Source: a virus (lineage: Duplodnaviria > Caudoviricetes). From it: 27,165 nt of DNA. This document shows, piece by piece, positions 1 to 7,034 of this stretch. Under the pieces are notes generated by a model that saw only the letters and a program-made list of their open reading frames with translations, ran no database searches and was not told the origin of the DNA. The stretch is from positions 1 through 27,165 of IMG/VR virus record IMGVR_UViG_3300025084_000172; one strand, given 5' to 3'. A program made the translations under genes and the position numbers. The first letter of the stretch is position 1; the number at the start of each line of letters is the position of its first letter.

Positions 1-143
1 CGCTCAACCACCGCTCCTCTATATTTTTTGTCCTTATGATTCGCCATCAGTAGGCAATGCAGAAACACTCGCATCACATTAATGTCATCATACCACTCCC
101 ATTCAAGGAGCGATCTGTGCAGCTTTATCCAGCCGTTCTTCAT
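1..143 (-). CDS. Phage replication initiator / replisome organizer, N-terminal fragment (runs off the window)
   Basis: Not in the ORF track. ATG at 143 translates as MKNGWIKLHRSLLEWEWYDDINVMRVFLHCLLMANHKDKKYRGAVVE; the GWIKLHR..L.WEWY.D start is typical of phage O/DnaD-like initiators. ATGA-coupled to the upstream stop. Confidence 0.8.
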   Translation of the reverse strand, partial: MKNGWIKLHRSLLEWEWYDDINVMRVFLHCLLMANHKDKKYRGAVVE

Positions 144-250
144 TCGCCGTCCTCCTCTCTGAAGATCTGGATCATCATTTCCTTTGCTTCGTCGCTTAGA
201 GCCTCATAGAGAGACGCTAGGACGTTGTTTACTGTTTCGTTGTTGTTCAT
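140..250 (-). CDS. Small hypothetical protein (36 aa)
   Basis: MNNNETVNNVLASLYEALSDEAKEMMIQIFREEDGE*. ATGA overlaps with both the methyltransferase stop and the initiator start. Confidence 0.6.
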   Translation of the reverse strand: MNNNETVNNVLASLYEALSDEAKEMMIQIFREEDGE

Positions 251-263
251 AGTTTTAATTGTT
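240..263. repeat. 24-bp direct repeat, third partial copy of the cassette junction
   Basis: ttgttgttcatagttttaattgtt is identical at 240-263 and 2562-2585, with a near copy at 1218-1240. Confidence 0.85.
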
Positions 264-969
264 TAATGTTATCAATACAAGCTTCCCACGTTGCCCTGTC
301 TAGCTCCGCACCACTAAACAGCTTTCCCTGTTTAATGCAAGACTTGGCGAAGTTTCCACTTCCCGCAAAAGGTTCCAACACCAGCCCGCCATCTGGACAG
401 TAACAACGAACAAGGGTGTCATACAGCTCCTGTGGCTTGCTTGGTATCTTTCCCGTGTGAGGTTTGTTGTAGTGCAGATGATCTCTGAGCCACACACCTT
501 CATCGCTTTTCTTGAACTTTCGCCCTTCCTCGTGATAACCCTCAAAGACTTTACTAGACCGCTTGAAGTCTTTTGTATTTTCTGCATACTCAACGCCAGT
601 TCTCTCGTTGAAAAATGACCTCTTTTTATCCTTTACGCAATGGAAAATCTTCTGGTGTGAGACAAGAGGCATCCTCTTTGATACCCACGCGCCGCCGTTT
701 GTAAAAGTCCAGACGATTTCCCTTCTAAAATACGCGTCGATCTCGCACCTTAGCTGAAAGTCAAACGGCTGCTTCGTGAAGCACAGTATGTTCCCTGTTG
801 GCTTGAGGATTCTCAGAGAGTCTATAAACAAACCTCTTGCTAGGAAGTTGTTCCAGTCTTGATAATTTGGGTCTAGTATAATCAGATCGACCGAATCATC
901 TTCGATTCCGTGCATTAGCTCGAAGCCGCACTCGTTTGTTATGTGGTTGGTGGCGTTTTGATTGCTCAT
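247..969 (-). CDS. DNA N6-adenine/N4-cytosine methyltransferase, beta class
   Basis: SVDLIILDPNY (motif IV, DPPY-like) precedes VLEPFAGSG (motif I, FxGxG); KPTG, IVW and KP..L segments are typical of this family. Confidence 0.85.
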   Translation of the reverse strand: MSNQNATNHITNECGFELMHGIEDDSVDLIILDPNYQDWNNFLARGLFIDSLRILKPTGNILCFTKQPFDFQLRCEIDAYFRREIVWTFTNGGAWVSKRMPLVSHQKIFHCVKDKKRSFFNERTGVEYAENTKDFKRSSKVFEGYHEEGRKFKKSDEGVWLRDHLHYNKPHTGKIPSKPQELYDTLVRCYCPDGGLVLEPFAGSGNFAKSCIKQGKLFSGAELDRATWEACIDNIKQLKL

Positions 970-1240
970 TGTGGCGTTATTGTTTAGGTTGTTTATTGTT
1001 CTGGCTTTACACTGATGGCGTGTAGTGACAAACCCAAGATTTGAAAGCTGTATTGAATCCGCAAAACTCAGCGTCTGGGTTGTGTTTTTTTAACGCGTTT
1101 ACGTAGTCCCTCGCCTCGGCTTCGTTGAAGACTTTGGTCCCGTATGGGTCTTCCGTTCGACACCCGTTTCCGATGTTGCTTATGGTGTATCTAGTTTTCA
1201 TTGTCAGTTCGTTGTTATTGTTGTTCATAGTTTTATTTGT
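967..1240. repeat. 274-bp direct repeat, copy 1
   Basis: Aligns without gaps to 2311-2584 (offset 1344) with 11 mismatches by manual count (about 96% identity). Confidence 0.97.
1007..1228 (-). CDS. Small hypothetical protein, duplicated (copy 1; true start may be the ATG at 1201, MKTRY)
   Basis: 73 aa, differing from 2351..2572 at 2 residues; lies inside the direct repeat. Confidence 0.7.
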   Translation of the reverse strand: MNNNNNELTMKTRYTISNIGNGCRTEDPYGTKVFNEAEARDYVNALKKHNPDAEFCGFNTAFKSWVCHYTPSV

Positions 1241-2063
1241 CTTTTGTTAAATACATGCCGTAATTGTTAACTTTACCCATCCTCTTTATCCACTTAAACC
1301 TCCTTATTTCGTTCCTTTTGAACTTTGAGTAATCAACGCTGTGGTGCCATCTCCCAAACTTCCAGACGACCTTAACGCAGTCTGGATGCTGCTTCTGGAG
1401 CGATTCAGCAAATTCTCGTCGGTTGTCTGTGTCTCCGTAGACATCGCCTGTGTTACCGCCTTTCATTCTCATGGTCGTAACCTTGCCTATTAAAAACGCA
1501 TTAAAAAGGATGGTGCAGTCGCCGTCCTTTAGCACCCTCAATGAGAGGTCTGTATCCTCGTTGAACTTGCCCCTCCACGCATGGTTGATGCTGTTATCGA
1601 TTAGGATACATGAATAAATTCTTGTGTTTAGGTAAAACGGCGGCACGGCGTCAGATGCTTTACAAAAAGAGTGGTAATTCATGCCGGATAACTTAACGTT
1701 TTCATACCTGTCCGTAAAGTCTTCACAGCATCTAAATATAGTGCCGTCCGCCACCTTGTATTTTTCGTTTCTGTTTAGCCTATGGAAGCCCTCAATATTG
1801 TCATCCAGAATCCAATGCTTTACGGAGCGAGCTCGCCTTGCGTGATCTAATACAAAGTTCCTTGCCGGTATGCTCCCTTGCCCTAGATTTTTAAATGGTG
1901 TGCTTATTATCTGGCAGTGCGGGTAATTTTTTCTGTATTGGTCCACCTCTTGAGGTTCCACGACAAGCGCAAAGTCAACCTTCATTTGCGTGAGTTCTCT
2001 AGCGGTCAAGCAACTTTCCGATCTGCCTTTGGTTATTATGTAAATAGGATATTTATTTTTCAT
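1233..2063 (-). CDS. TET-associated / GREB1-like GT-A glycosyltransferase (TAGT), probable DNA base glycosyltransferase
   Basis: YPIYIITKGR, ARNFVLDHA, HWILDDNI (DD metal motif), NTRIYSCIL, NEDTDLSLRVL, MKGGNT and WHHSVDY match the phage TAGT / base-J glucosyltransferase-related family. Confidence 0.85.
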   Translation of the reverse strand: MKNKYPIYIITKGRSESCLTARELTQMKVDFALVVEPQEVDQYRKNYPHCQIISTPFKNLGQGSIPARNFVLDHARRARSVKHWILDDNIEGFHRLNRNEKYKVADGTIFRCCEDFTDRYENVKLSGMNYHSFCKASDAVPPFYLNTRIYSCILIDNSINHAWRGKFNEDTDLSLRVLKDGDCTILFNAFLIGKVTTMRMKGGNTGDVYGDTDNRREFAESLQKQHPDCVKVVWKFGRWHHSVDYSKFKRNEIRRFKWIKRMGKVNNYGMYLTKDK

Positions 2064-2313
2064 TAGTTGTCCATACTGGTTGCTGTGTTTCCCTAAAATG
2101 AGACCTGTAAGGATGCCAAGCCGACTTTGTTTTTTTAGTAAGCGGTTGATTTAGCCTCTCAGCCAAATCTTCCAAGTCGTCTTTGCTGTCCACCCTAATA
2201 ATAATTTTTGCATACGGCTCCATTTTTTCTTGCACAAATTCGGGCATGTCGAACCACTCTTGATCTTGTATTTTCTTTGTGCTGTTTTCAAGCATCATGT
2301 CTTCTTTTTCCAT
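2053..2313 (-). CDS. Small TAGT-associated partner protein
   Basis: EWFDMPEFVQE...IIIRV...DL...LNQPLTKKTKSAWHP resembles the small protein I recall upstream of phage TAGT genes; overlaps the TAGT start by 11 bp. Confidence 0.7.
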   Translation of the reverse strand: MEKEDMMLENSTKKIQDQEWFDMPEFVQEKMEPYAKIIIRVDSKDDLEDLAERLNQPLTKKTKSAWHPYRSHFRETQQPVWTTNEK

Positions 2314-2584
2314 TGTTTCGTTATTGTTTAGGTTATTTATTGTTCCGGGATTACACTGATGGCGTGTAGTAACAAACCCAAGATTTAAAAGCTGTATTGA
2401 ATCCGCAAAACTCAGCGTCTGGATAGTGTTTTTTTAACGCGTTTACGTAGTCCCTCGCCTCGGCTTCGTTGAAGACTTTGGTCCCGTATGGGTCTTCCGT
2501 TCGACACCCGTTTCCGATGTTGCTTATGGTGTATCTAGTTTTCATTGTCAGTTCGTTGTTATTGTTGTTCATAGTTTTAATTGT
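2311..2584. repeat. 274-bp direct repeat, copy 2
   Basis: Aligns to 967-1240. Confidence 0.97.
2351..2572 (-). CDS. Small hypothetical protein, duplicated (copy 2)
   Basis: 73 aa, near-identical to 1007..1228. Confidence 0.7.
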   Translation of the reverse strand: MNNNNNELTMKTRYTISNIGNGCRTEDPYGTKVFNEAEARDYVNALKKHYPDAEFCGFNTAFKSWVCYYTPSV

Positions 2585-2587
2585 TGC

Positions 2588-2601
2588 GCCCCCGAAGGGG
2601 C
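2588..2601 (-). other. C(UUCG)G tetraloop RNA hairpin
   Basis: Minus strand reads GCCCC-TTCG-GGGGC; intergenic, with no U-tract following. Confidence 0.7.
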
Positions 2602-2608
2602 TTGGTTG

Positions 2609-2884
2609 TTAGTTGGTGGCTAAGGCTTGAGTTGCCTCCTTCGCTTCGTGTGCCTCAATTAGCGGTTTCATCTCGGTTTCATGGATGTGGGCTGCGTATG
2701 CGGCATCGAGTGCATCCTCAAGCAACTCCACGACCAGGTCGAGGTGGCTAAGATCGGTAATCAAGCCACTGATCATGCTCTGGGCAAAACCCTTGCGAAC
2801 CAGTGGGTCTTTAATTGATCGATACTCGATTGCATTTTCAGTGGTTGCGATGGATTCGATGTCTGCTTTAGTAATGTTTTTCAT
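2609..2884 (-). CDS. Hypothetical protein (91 aa, start MKNITK)
   Basis: The ORF-track start at 2929 lies inside the promoter; the ATG at 2884 has an A/C-rich leader. Confidence 0.7.
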   Translation of the reverse strand: MKNITKADIESIATTENAIEYRSIKDPLVRKGFAQSMISGLITDLSHLDLVVELLEDALDAAYAAHIHETEMKPLIEAHEAKEATQALATN

Positions 2885-2920
2885 AATGTTTGATTTGTTG
2901 TTGTCCCTCTCGGTGAACGC

Positions 2921-2950
2921 ATAATGCACACAAAGCTGACAAAGTGTCGA
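2921..2950 (-). promoter_or_regulatory. Putative early sigma70-like promoter (TCGACA-N18-CATTAT)
   Basis: Shares ATAATGCACACAAA and the same spacing with 8023-8052. Confidence 0.6.
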
Positions 2951-2964
2951 TAACTTTCTTTAAT

Positions 2965-3014
2965 AAAAACACAAGCAAGCCCCGAAACCCTTATAAAATA
3001 AAGGATCCGAGGCT
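2965..3014 (-). terminator. Putative intrinsic terminator containing a dyad shared with 8085-8106
   Basis: Minus-strand stem AGCCTCGGATCCTT-N8-AAGGGTTTCGGGGCT (with G-U pairs) followed by TGCTTGTGTTTTT, just after the 3036 stop. Confidence 0.5.
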
Positions 3015-3035
3015 AAACTTTTTTTGCAGTTTTTT

Positions 3036-3338
3036 CTACTTTGTCTCAATTCTTAGTATCGTCGCGCATATTTCAGCGGCAGAATGGCAGACATTTATCT
3101 GTCCCTGCCACGATAAATGGAGCTTTTTCTGAGCCTCTGTTAGCTTCCGCCGGCTTGCTGTCTTGGCTGGATCCTTGACCTCGATAAGGTAGTTCTTCCC
3201 CTGCCAGCCGACTACCAGATCGGGGAATCCTCGCCCAGCTCCGGATGCGTCAAAGATGGTTGCCTCTGGTAGTGCCTCGCGTAGTTCTTCAACCAAGCAT
3301 TTGTGATTGTCGTCTGTTCGTTTTGCGTATCTTGCCAT
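3036..3338 (-). CDS. VRR-NUC-like / Holliday junction resolvase-type PD-(D/E)xK endonuclease
   Basis: AKRTDDNH...GRGFPDLVVG...LIEVKD...LTEAQ...W.G. Confidence 0.8.
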   Translation of the reverse strand: MARYAKRTDDNHKCLVEELREALPEATIFDASGAGRGFPDLVVGWQGKNYLIEVKDPAKTASRRKLTEAQKKLHLSWQGQINVCHSAAEICATILRIETK

Positions 3339-3369
3339 GTTATTAATTATTGTTAGTTTTTTATTGTTG

Positions 3370-3882
3370 TTACAGGTCTGACTCGTAAATACAAACCTTG
3401 GTTTTTTTTAAGCATTCTTTTTTAGGCTCTTTAAATATTGCTTTTTTTGCGCCTTTTAAATAAAGGCTAGGACCATCCAGCTCGTCCATGACAACCAAAC
3501 ACAAATAGTCGTTTTCTGAATCCGTAGACGTAACCTTGTCTTGTTTTTGGAAAACCCAAGACACAGGGAACCTGTCGTTTTTTAAATGGCTTTTTACGTG
3601 TAGTTCCGCCTTGCCGACAACCATATCGGCATCATAGCTTTTTTGGTGTTTATCGTATATCTCAAGGTCTGGCTTTGTCGCTGTTTTCCCGTTTTCGGTT
3701 AAGTAGTTGTAAACCATAAACTCCGCCATTTTTCCCGTTCGTATATCGTTCTTTATTTTCTCCGCGTTGTTCTGGTTCCTCCTTGAGTATTCATCTAATG
3801 ATGATTCAGTCGAGTATTTAGCAAACAGGCTACATCGACACATAGTGTATTCGTCAAGCTCTTTTAGTTTTATTTTTTTCAT
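3370..3882 (-). CDS. Putative restriction-endonuclease-fold (PD-(D/E)xK-like) nuclease
   Basis: GKMAEFMVYNYL helix, then SYDAD and LHVKS (ExK replaced by HxK); AT-rich gene. Confidence 0.5.
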   Translation of the reverse strand: MKKIKLKELDEYTMCRCSLFAKYSTESSLDEYSRRNQNNAEKIKNDIRTGKMAEFMVYNYLTENGKTATKPDLEIYDKHQKSYDADMVVGKAELHVKSHLKNDRFPVSWVFQKQDKVTSTDSENDYLCLVVMDELDGPSLYLKGAKKAIFKEPKKECLKKTKVCIYESDL

Positions 3883-4136
3883 GTATTGTTAATTCGTTCT
3901 TTCTGTCTGTCTCTGTTCGATTTGCTCATGCTCTTACTCATCACGCATCCGTTCCAGATCCGCATCGCTTGTTTAGGTTGCCAATCTGGGAGTGTGTCGA
4001 ATTGTCCGCATTTGCATTTAATTATTGTGCATCCTGGTTCGTATCTTATATCTGGTCGGGTCTTGCAGTCGAGACACAGGGCGCAGAGTAGCCGCGCCTC
4101 TGTGATCTCGTTTGCTAGGCTTTCATGGTTACACAT
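3879..4136 (-). CDS. Small Zn-ribbon protein (Lar-like), 85 aa
   Basis: CLDC...IKCKC...AMRIWN pattern; the likely start MCNHE at 4136 overlaps the upstream stop. Confidence 0.55.
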   Translation of the reverse strand: MCNHESLANEITEARLLCALCLDCKTRPDIRYEPGCTIIKCKCGQFDTLPDWQPKQAMRIWNGCVMSKSMSKSNRDRQKERINNT

Positions 4137-5010
4137 CTGGAGAGCCTGTGTGACCTTCCATTTCCGCCTCCTCGTCATAGACCGAGAACGACGCACGACC
4201 TAATAGAGCAGGTTTAGGGAATAATGGCGCCCAGTAGTCAGATTCTGCCGCCTTGATGATACGACCTAGAAGGTGATCGAATATCATTTGACCATCCATA
4301 ATATCGACCTTGGGTATCTCTGTTACAGCGACCTCATACGGCGCAGATGATTGTTGCCAGATGATTAGAAAGCGGTCTCTCTGGTCGTCTGGGTTTTGCA
4401 GGTTGTGCATCTGTAGATAATGTGCAGCTTGTGCATGATATCCAAACTTGCCAATCGTCTTGGCAAATCCTGTAGCTGTGAAGTCTGCGGTCGTCTTTAG
4501 ATCAGCGAGATAGTCAGTTCCCTCTGGCACAAAGTCAGCGAGAGCTTTTAGTCCTACGGGCTTTTCAGAGTGCGGAGTCATCACGCGGTTAAGCATGACA
4601 ACCTGCGACGCGCTGCGCTCGATGATTTCGGCGGACGGTTTAAACTTGCTGGTTAATATCTCAGCGGCTTTCCTCGCGTTTGCTAGGTCTTCCGTCTTGA
4701 TGATAGACACACCGCGCTCTTCTTCTTGTGCTTTCCACTCTCTAGCTTCCTTTGTGCGGTAGCTGTCAAACTCCGACATTGTAAACTGGCTGTCGAAGTC
4801 CTCCGGGCTAGTTACAAGGCAGTCGACGAGCGACCCCCATCTCATAGCTCCTGTGCTGTATTGTTTAGGGTGGTATCGCCATCTATAGAGGCTGGACTGG
4901 AACAGCTCCCAAACCGCTGACTTTGAAAGCCAGCTGTCTTTACTGAAGATGTCGCCACGGTCTAGTGTGAGAAGGGAGTGATAGTCGCTTGGATTAATTT
5001 GATTTTTCAT
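4129..5010 (-). CDS. RecE / exonuclease VIII-like PD-(D/E)xK exonuclease (DUF3799-like)
   Basis: LSKS, AMRWGSLVDCL, LKALAD, LADLKTT and GYHAQAAHY motifs. Confidence 0.85.
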   Translation of the reverse strand: MKNQINPSDYHSLLTLDRGDIFSKDSWLSKSAVWELFQSSLYRWRYHPKQYSTGAMRWGSLVDCLVTSPEDFDSQFTMSEFDSYRTKEAREWKAQEEERGVSIIKTEDLANARKAAEILTSKFKPSAEIIERSASQVVMLNRVMTPHSEKPVGLKALADFVPEGTDYLADLKTTADFTATGFAKTIGKFGYHAQAAHYLQMHNLQNPDDQRDRFLIIWQQSSAPYEVAVTEIPKVDIMDGQMIFDHLLGRIIKAAESDYWAPLFPKPALLGRASFSVYDEEAEMEGHTGSPDV

Positions 5011-5043
5011 TTTTGTTTATTGTTTGTAGTGTGTTCAATTTCG

Positions 5044-5580
5044 TTATGTCCAGAGGAATTGGTGATACTTGACTATGATTTGCATGGTTTCAATATCTTT
5101 TTTTGATAAGATAGCTTCCAGCCTAGTAACCTCAGCGTAACAATCGCTTTCCTTTTCGGGGATCGGATTCATGCTGTAGTTACCGCCTTCTTTCTTTGTG
5201 AACATATCACTAGTAATCTTGCCCGCTGGGTATGCATCATCAATCTTCTGCTTCAACGCTACTCTGCCTTCTTTGATCCAGTTGTAGGCTACCAGCAAAT
5301 CTTCATCAATCTTCACACGATAATTGACGAAATCTTGATTAACATACCCAAGTTTTAACTCTTCCTCATATGTGTAGCCGAGTTCGTGAGACCAGTCGTT
5401 TTTCATTTCGACCTCGACATAATGCTCTAGACACTTGAACAAGATAGTAGGAATAAGCTCCACCTTGTCACAATGCGTATCGGGGATGACATCAGTCAAC
5501 CACTCCTGTCTTGGCTTAAAGAAGCATTTGATATTATATATAAGATCGCCCCAGAAGTATGTGCTGAATAGTTTTTTCAT
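5044..5580 (-). CDS. Hypothetical protein (178 aa, start MKKLF)
   Basis: The ATG at 5580 overlaps the upstream stop (ATGA); the longer ORF-track extension overlaps the next gene. Confidence 0.7.
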   Translation of the reverse strand: MKKLFSTYFWGDLIYNIKCFFKPRQEWLTDVIPDTHCDKVELIPTILFKCLEHYVEVEMKNDWSHELGYTYEEELKLGYVNQDFVNYRVKIDEDLLVAYNWIKEGRVALKQKIDDAYPAGKITSDMFTKKEGGNYSMNPIPEKESDCYAEVTRLEAILSKKDIETMQIIVKYHQFLWT

Positions 5581-5987
5581 GCTCTTTTGTATTGTGTTGG
5601 TGTGTATTTTACCCTTACGCACGGTCCTAGTCTTCCGCCTAGGTCTGGTCTGCGGTCTTGCTCTAGGCATAGGCTGACGGGCTTGCCGTGCCATCCCTCG
5701 CCAATCGTTCCATGCTGGGCGATTAGTCGCTTGATGTTTGCCTTCGCGAGCTTTAGCGGCTTGTCGCTGCCTTTAAAGTAGAGAAGATACGCATTCGCGT
5801 CCTTGCTCCCGTTCTCGTATTTCAGAAGCTCGTGAAACTCAACGCGATCAATTGTCACGTCTAGCGTTTCCTTGCCTGTCTTGTCCAGCGCTCCCTGTAG
5901 CACGATGCTGTTCAGGAATCGGGCGTCGAGCGCTTTTGTCATGTCCCCTTCAACGGGAACGCCTTTCGGTATTGGTTTTGTGTTCAT
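5577..5987 (-). CDS. Conserved phage protein, probable ssDNA-binding/annealing partner of the exonuclease
   Basis: VTIDRVE...LLYFKGSDKPLKL...N...G..W.GK.V.L...CVRV pattern; lies near the RecE-like gene. Confidence 0.55.
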   Translation of the reverse strand: MNTKPIPKGVPVEGDMTKALDARFLNSIVLQGALDKTGKETLDVTIDRVEFHELLKYENGSKDANAYLLYFKGSDKPLKLAKANIKRLIAQHGTIGEGWHGKPVSLCLEQDRRPDLGGRLGPCVRVKYTPTQYKRA

Positions 5988-5996
5988 AGATTTGAT

Positions 5997-6203
5997 TTAT
6001 TTGAGGCTTGACCAGTTCCACACAGTTAATCCTGCTGCATCTGGTGTTGAAGATTTGATATACTCCCCGACGAAAGCAGGGATAATGTCTACGTGTCGTG
6101 TGTATTTAATGCGGGTTGCTCCGTTGGTTGGTGATGCGAACGTTATAGGCGGGTTAATAGGTCCTCCGGCGGTGATGTTCTTGTGTGTTGTTTCCTCGCT
6201 CAT
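5997..6203 (-). CDS. Hypothetical protein (68 aa, start MSEETT)
   Basis: The ATG at 6203 is coupled (ATGA) to the 6200..6361 ORF. Confidence 0.55.
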   Translation of the reverse strand: MSEETTHKNITAGGPINPPITFASPTNGATRIKYTRHVDIIPAFVGEYIKSSTPDAAGLTVWNWSSLK

Positions 6204-6361
6204 TTCAGTAGTGATGATTTGATTTTGTCGGCGGCTATCTTGTTCATCTTCGCATATCTGCGATCTTCCATAATGTCGCAAACTTTGCTCCATACGTATA
6301 TAGTGAGAAAGACGGAGCAGATGTAGAGCACAAGGGCACAGTATAGGTGGATAATTGTCAT
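6200..6361 (-). CDS. Small single-pass membrane protein (53 aa)
   Basis: Not in the track: MTIIHLYCALVLYICSVFLTIYVWSKVCDIMEDRRYAKMNKIAADKIKSSLLK*. Fills the gap, has an A/C-rich leader and ATGA coupling. Confidence 0.65.
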   Translation of the reverse strand: MTIIHLYCALVLYICSVFLTIYVWSKVCDIMEDRRYAKMNKIAADKIKSSLLK

Positions 6362-6382
6362 GGTTTTGTTGTTGTTGGTGGT

Positions 6383-6874
6383 TTAGAGTCCTGTTTTTCT
6401 TTTGTTCGTTTCTGTGTCAATCGTGATCCATTCTGAGCCGTTGTTAGCTGATGCTGTAACAATATATGCATCTTTTACTGTATATATAGCCTCGCTCGTT
6501 TCTCCAGCGTCAACGGTGTAGGTTGTCGTCCTGTAGCCTCGACTGGTAACTTTTACCTTTACAGCTGAGTTGCCCGCTACGGTCTTGATTCTGATCTTCT
6601 TATAGCCGCCCTTCTTGGATCCAGCCAGGCGAACGGTAAGAACCTTACGAGGCTTAATCCAGCTGGTAATGAATCGCTGATCTTCCTCGACTAGTCTTGA
6701 TGTCTTGACCCATACAGACTTGCCTGTCTTCTTGAGTCTGAGCTTTGCGCCGTCTGTGGTCTTGTCAACCATGGCAGCCTGTATCGAGCGACCTGTCTTA
6801 GCATCAAACCAGAGACGATACTCTGACGCTGTGGTTGTGGTGATAGTGATTAGTAGTAGTAATAGTATTTTCAT
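6383..6874 (-). CDS. Secreted SHD1 (SLA1 homology domain 1)-containing protein
   Basis: Signal peptide MKILLLLLITITTTTA, then R.W.D..GRSIQA......G...L....G....V..SRL.EEDQ.FI..W, the SHD1 signature common in PVC bacteria. Confidence 0.75.
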   Translation of the reverse strand: MKILLLLLITITTTTASEYRLWFDAKTGRSIQAAMVDKTTDGAKLRLKKTGKSVWVKTSRLVEEDQRFITSWIKPRKVLTVRLAGSKKGGYKKIRIKTVAGNSAVKVKVTSRGYRTTTYTVDAGETSEAIYTVKDAYIVTASANNGSEWITIDTETNKRKTGL

Positions 6875-6907
6875 TGTTGGTGGTGGTTGGTGGTTTGTTA
6901 CTTGGTT

Positions 6908-6964
6908 GATATATATAGAGTAATCAGATTAGTCAAGACGAAAAATGTAATACATGAAATTACA
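6908..6964 (-). promoter_or_regulatory. Putative promoter with two dyad operators
   Basis: TTGACT (6936-6931)-N17-TATATC; dyads TAATC-A-GATTA (6921-6931) and TGTAAT-N7-ATTACA (6946-6964). Confidence 0.5.
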
Positions 6965-7034
6965 AGTGTTCGTGATTTGTCGGTGGTCCGAGAGTCGATT
7001 AGCTTATTGACCCTGTAGCGTCTCCTAAACTCTC

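Noticed and set aside
967-2584. DGR template/variable repeat pair: all 4 mismatches inside the duplicated ORF, and 7 of 11 overall, have A in the right copy on the + strand
   Set aside because: The adenines are on the non-coding strand, 4 mismatches are non-A, the numbers are small, no reverse transcriptase or Avd gene is in the window, and the ORF is not a C-type lectin or Ig target. Worth revisiting only if an RT is found elsewhere in the genome.
967-2584. IS/composite transposon or integron cassette
   Set aside because: No transposase or integrase, no terminal inverted repeats, and no attC-like palindromes in the repeats.
2916-2943. dif-like site (cgcataatg resembles the XerC arm)
   Set aside because: No XerD arm (ttatgttaaat); the sequence is explained as a promoter shared with 8023-8052.
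5581-5694. N-terminal extensions in the ORF track (5044..5694, 3879..4196, 2609..2929, 11596..12459, 24434..24760, 5997..6293)
   Set aside because: They overlap neighbouring genes or promoters; internal starts with stop/start coupling fit better.
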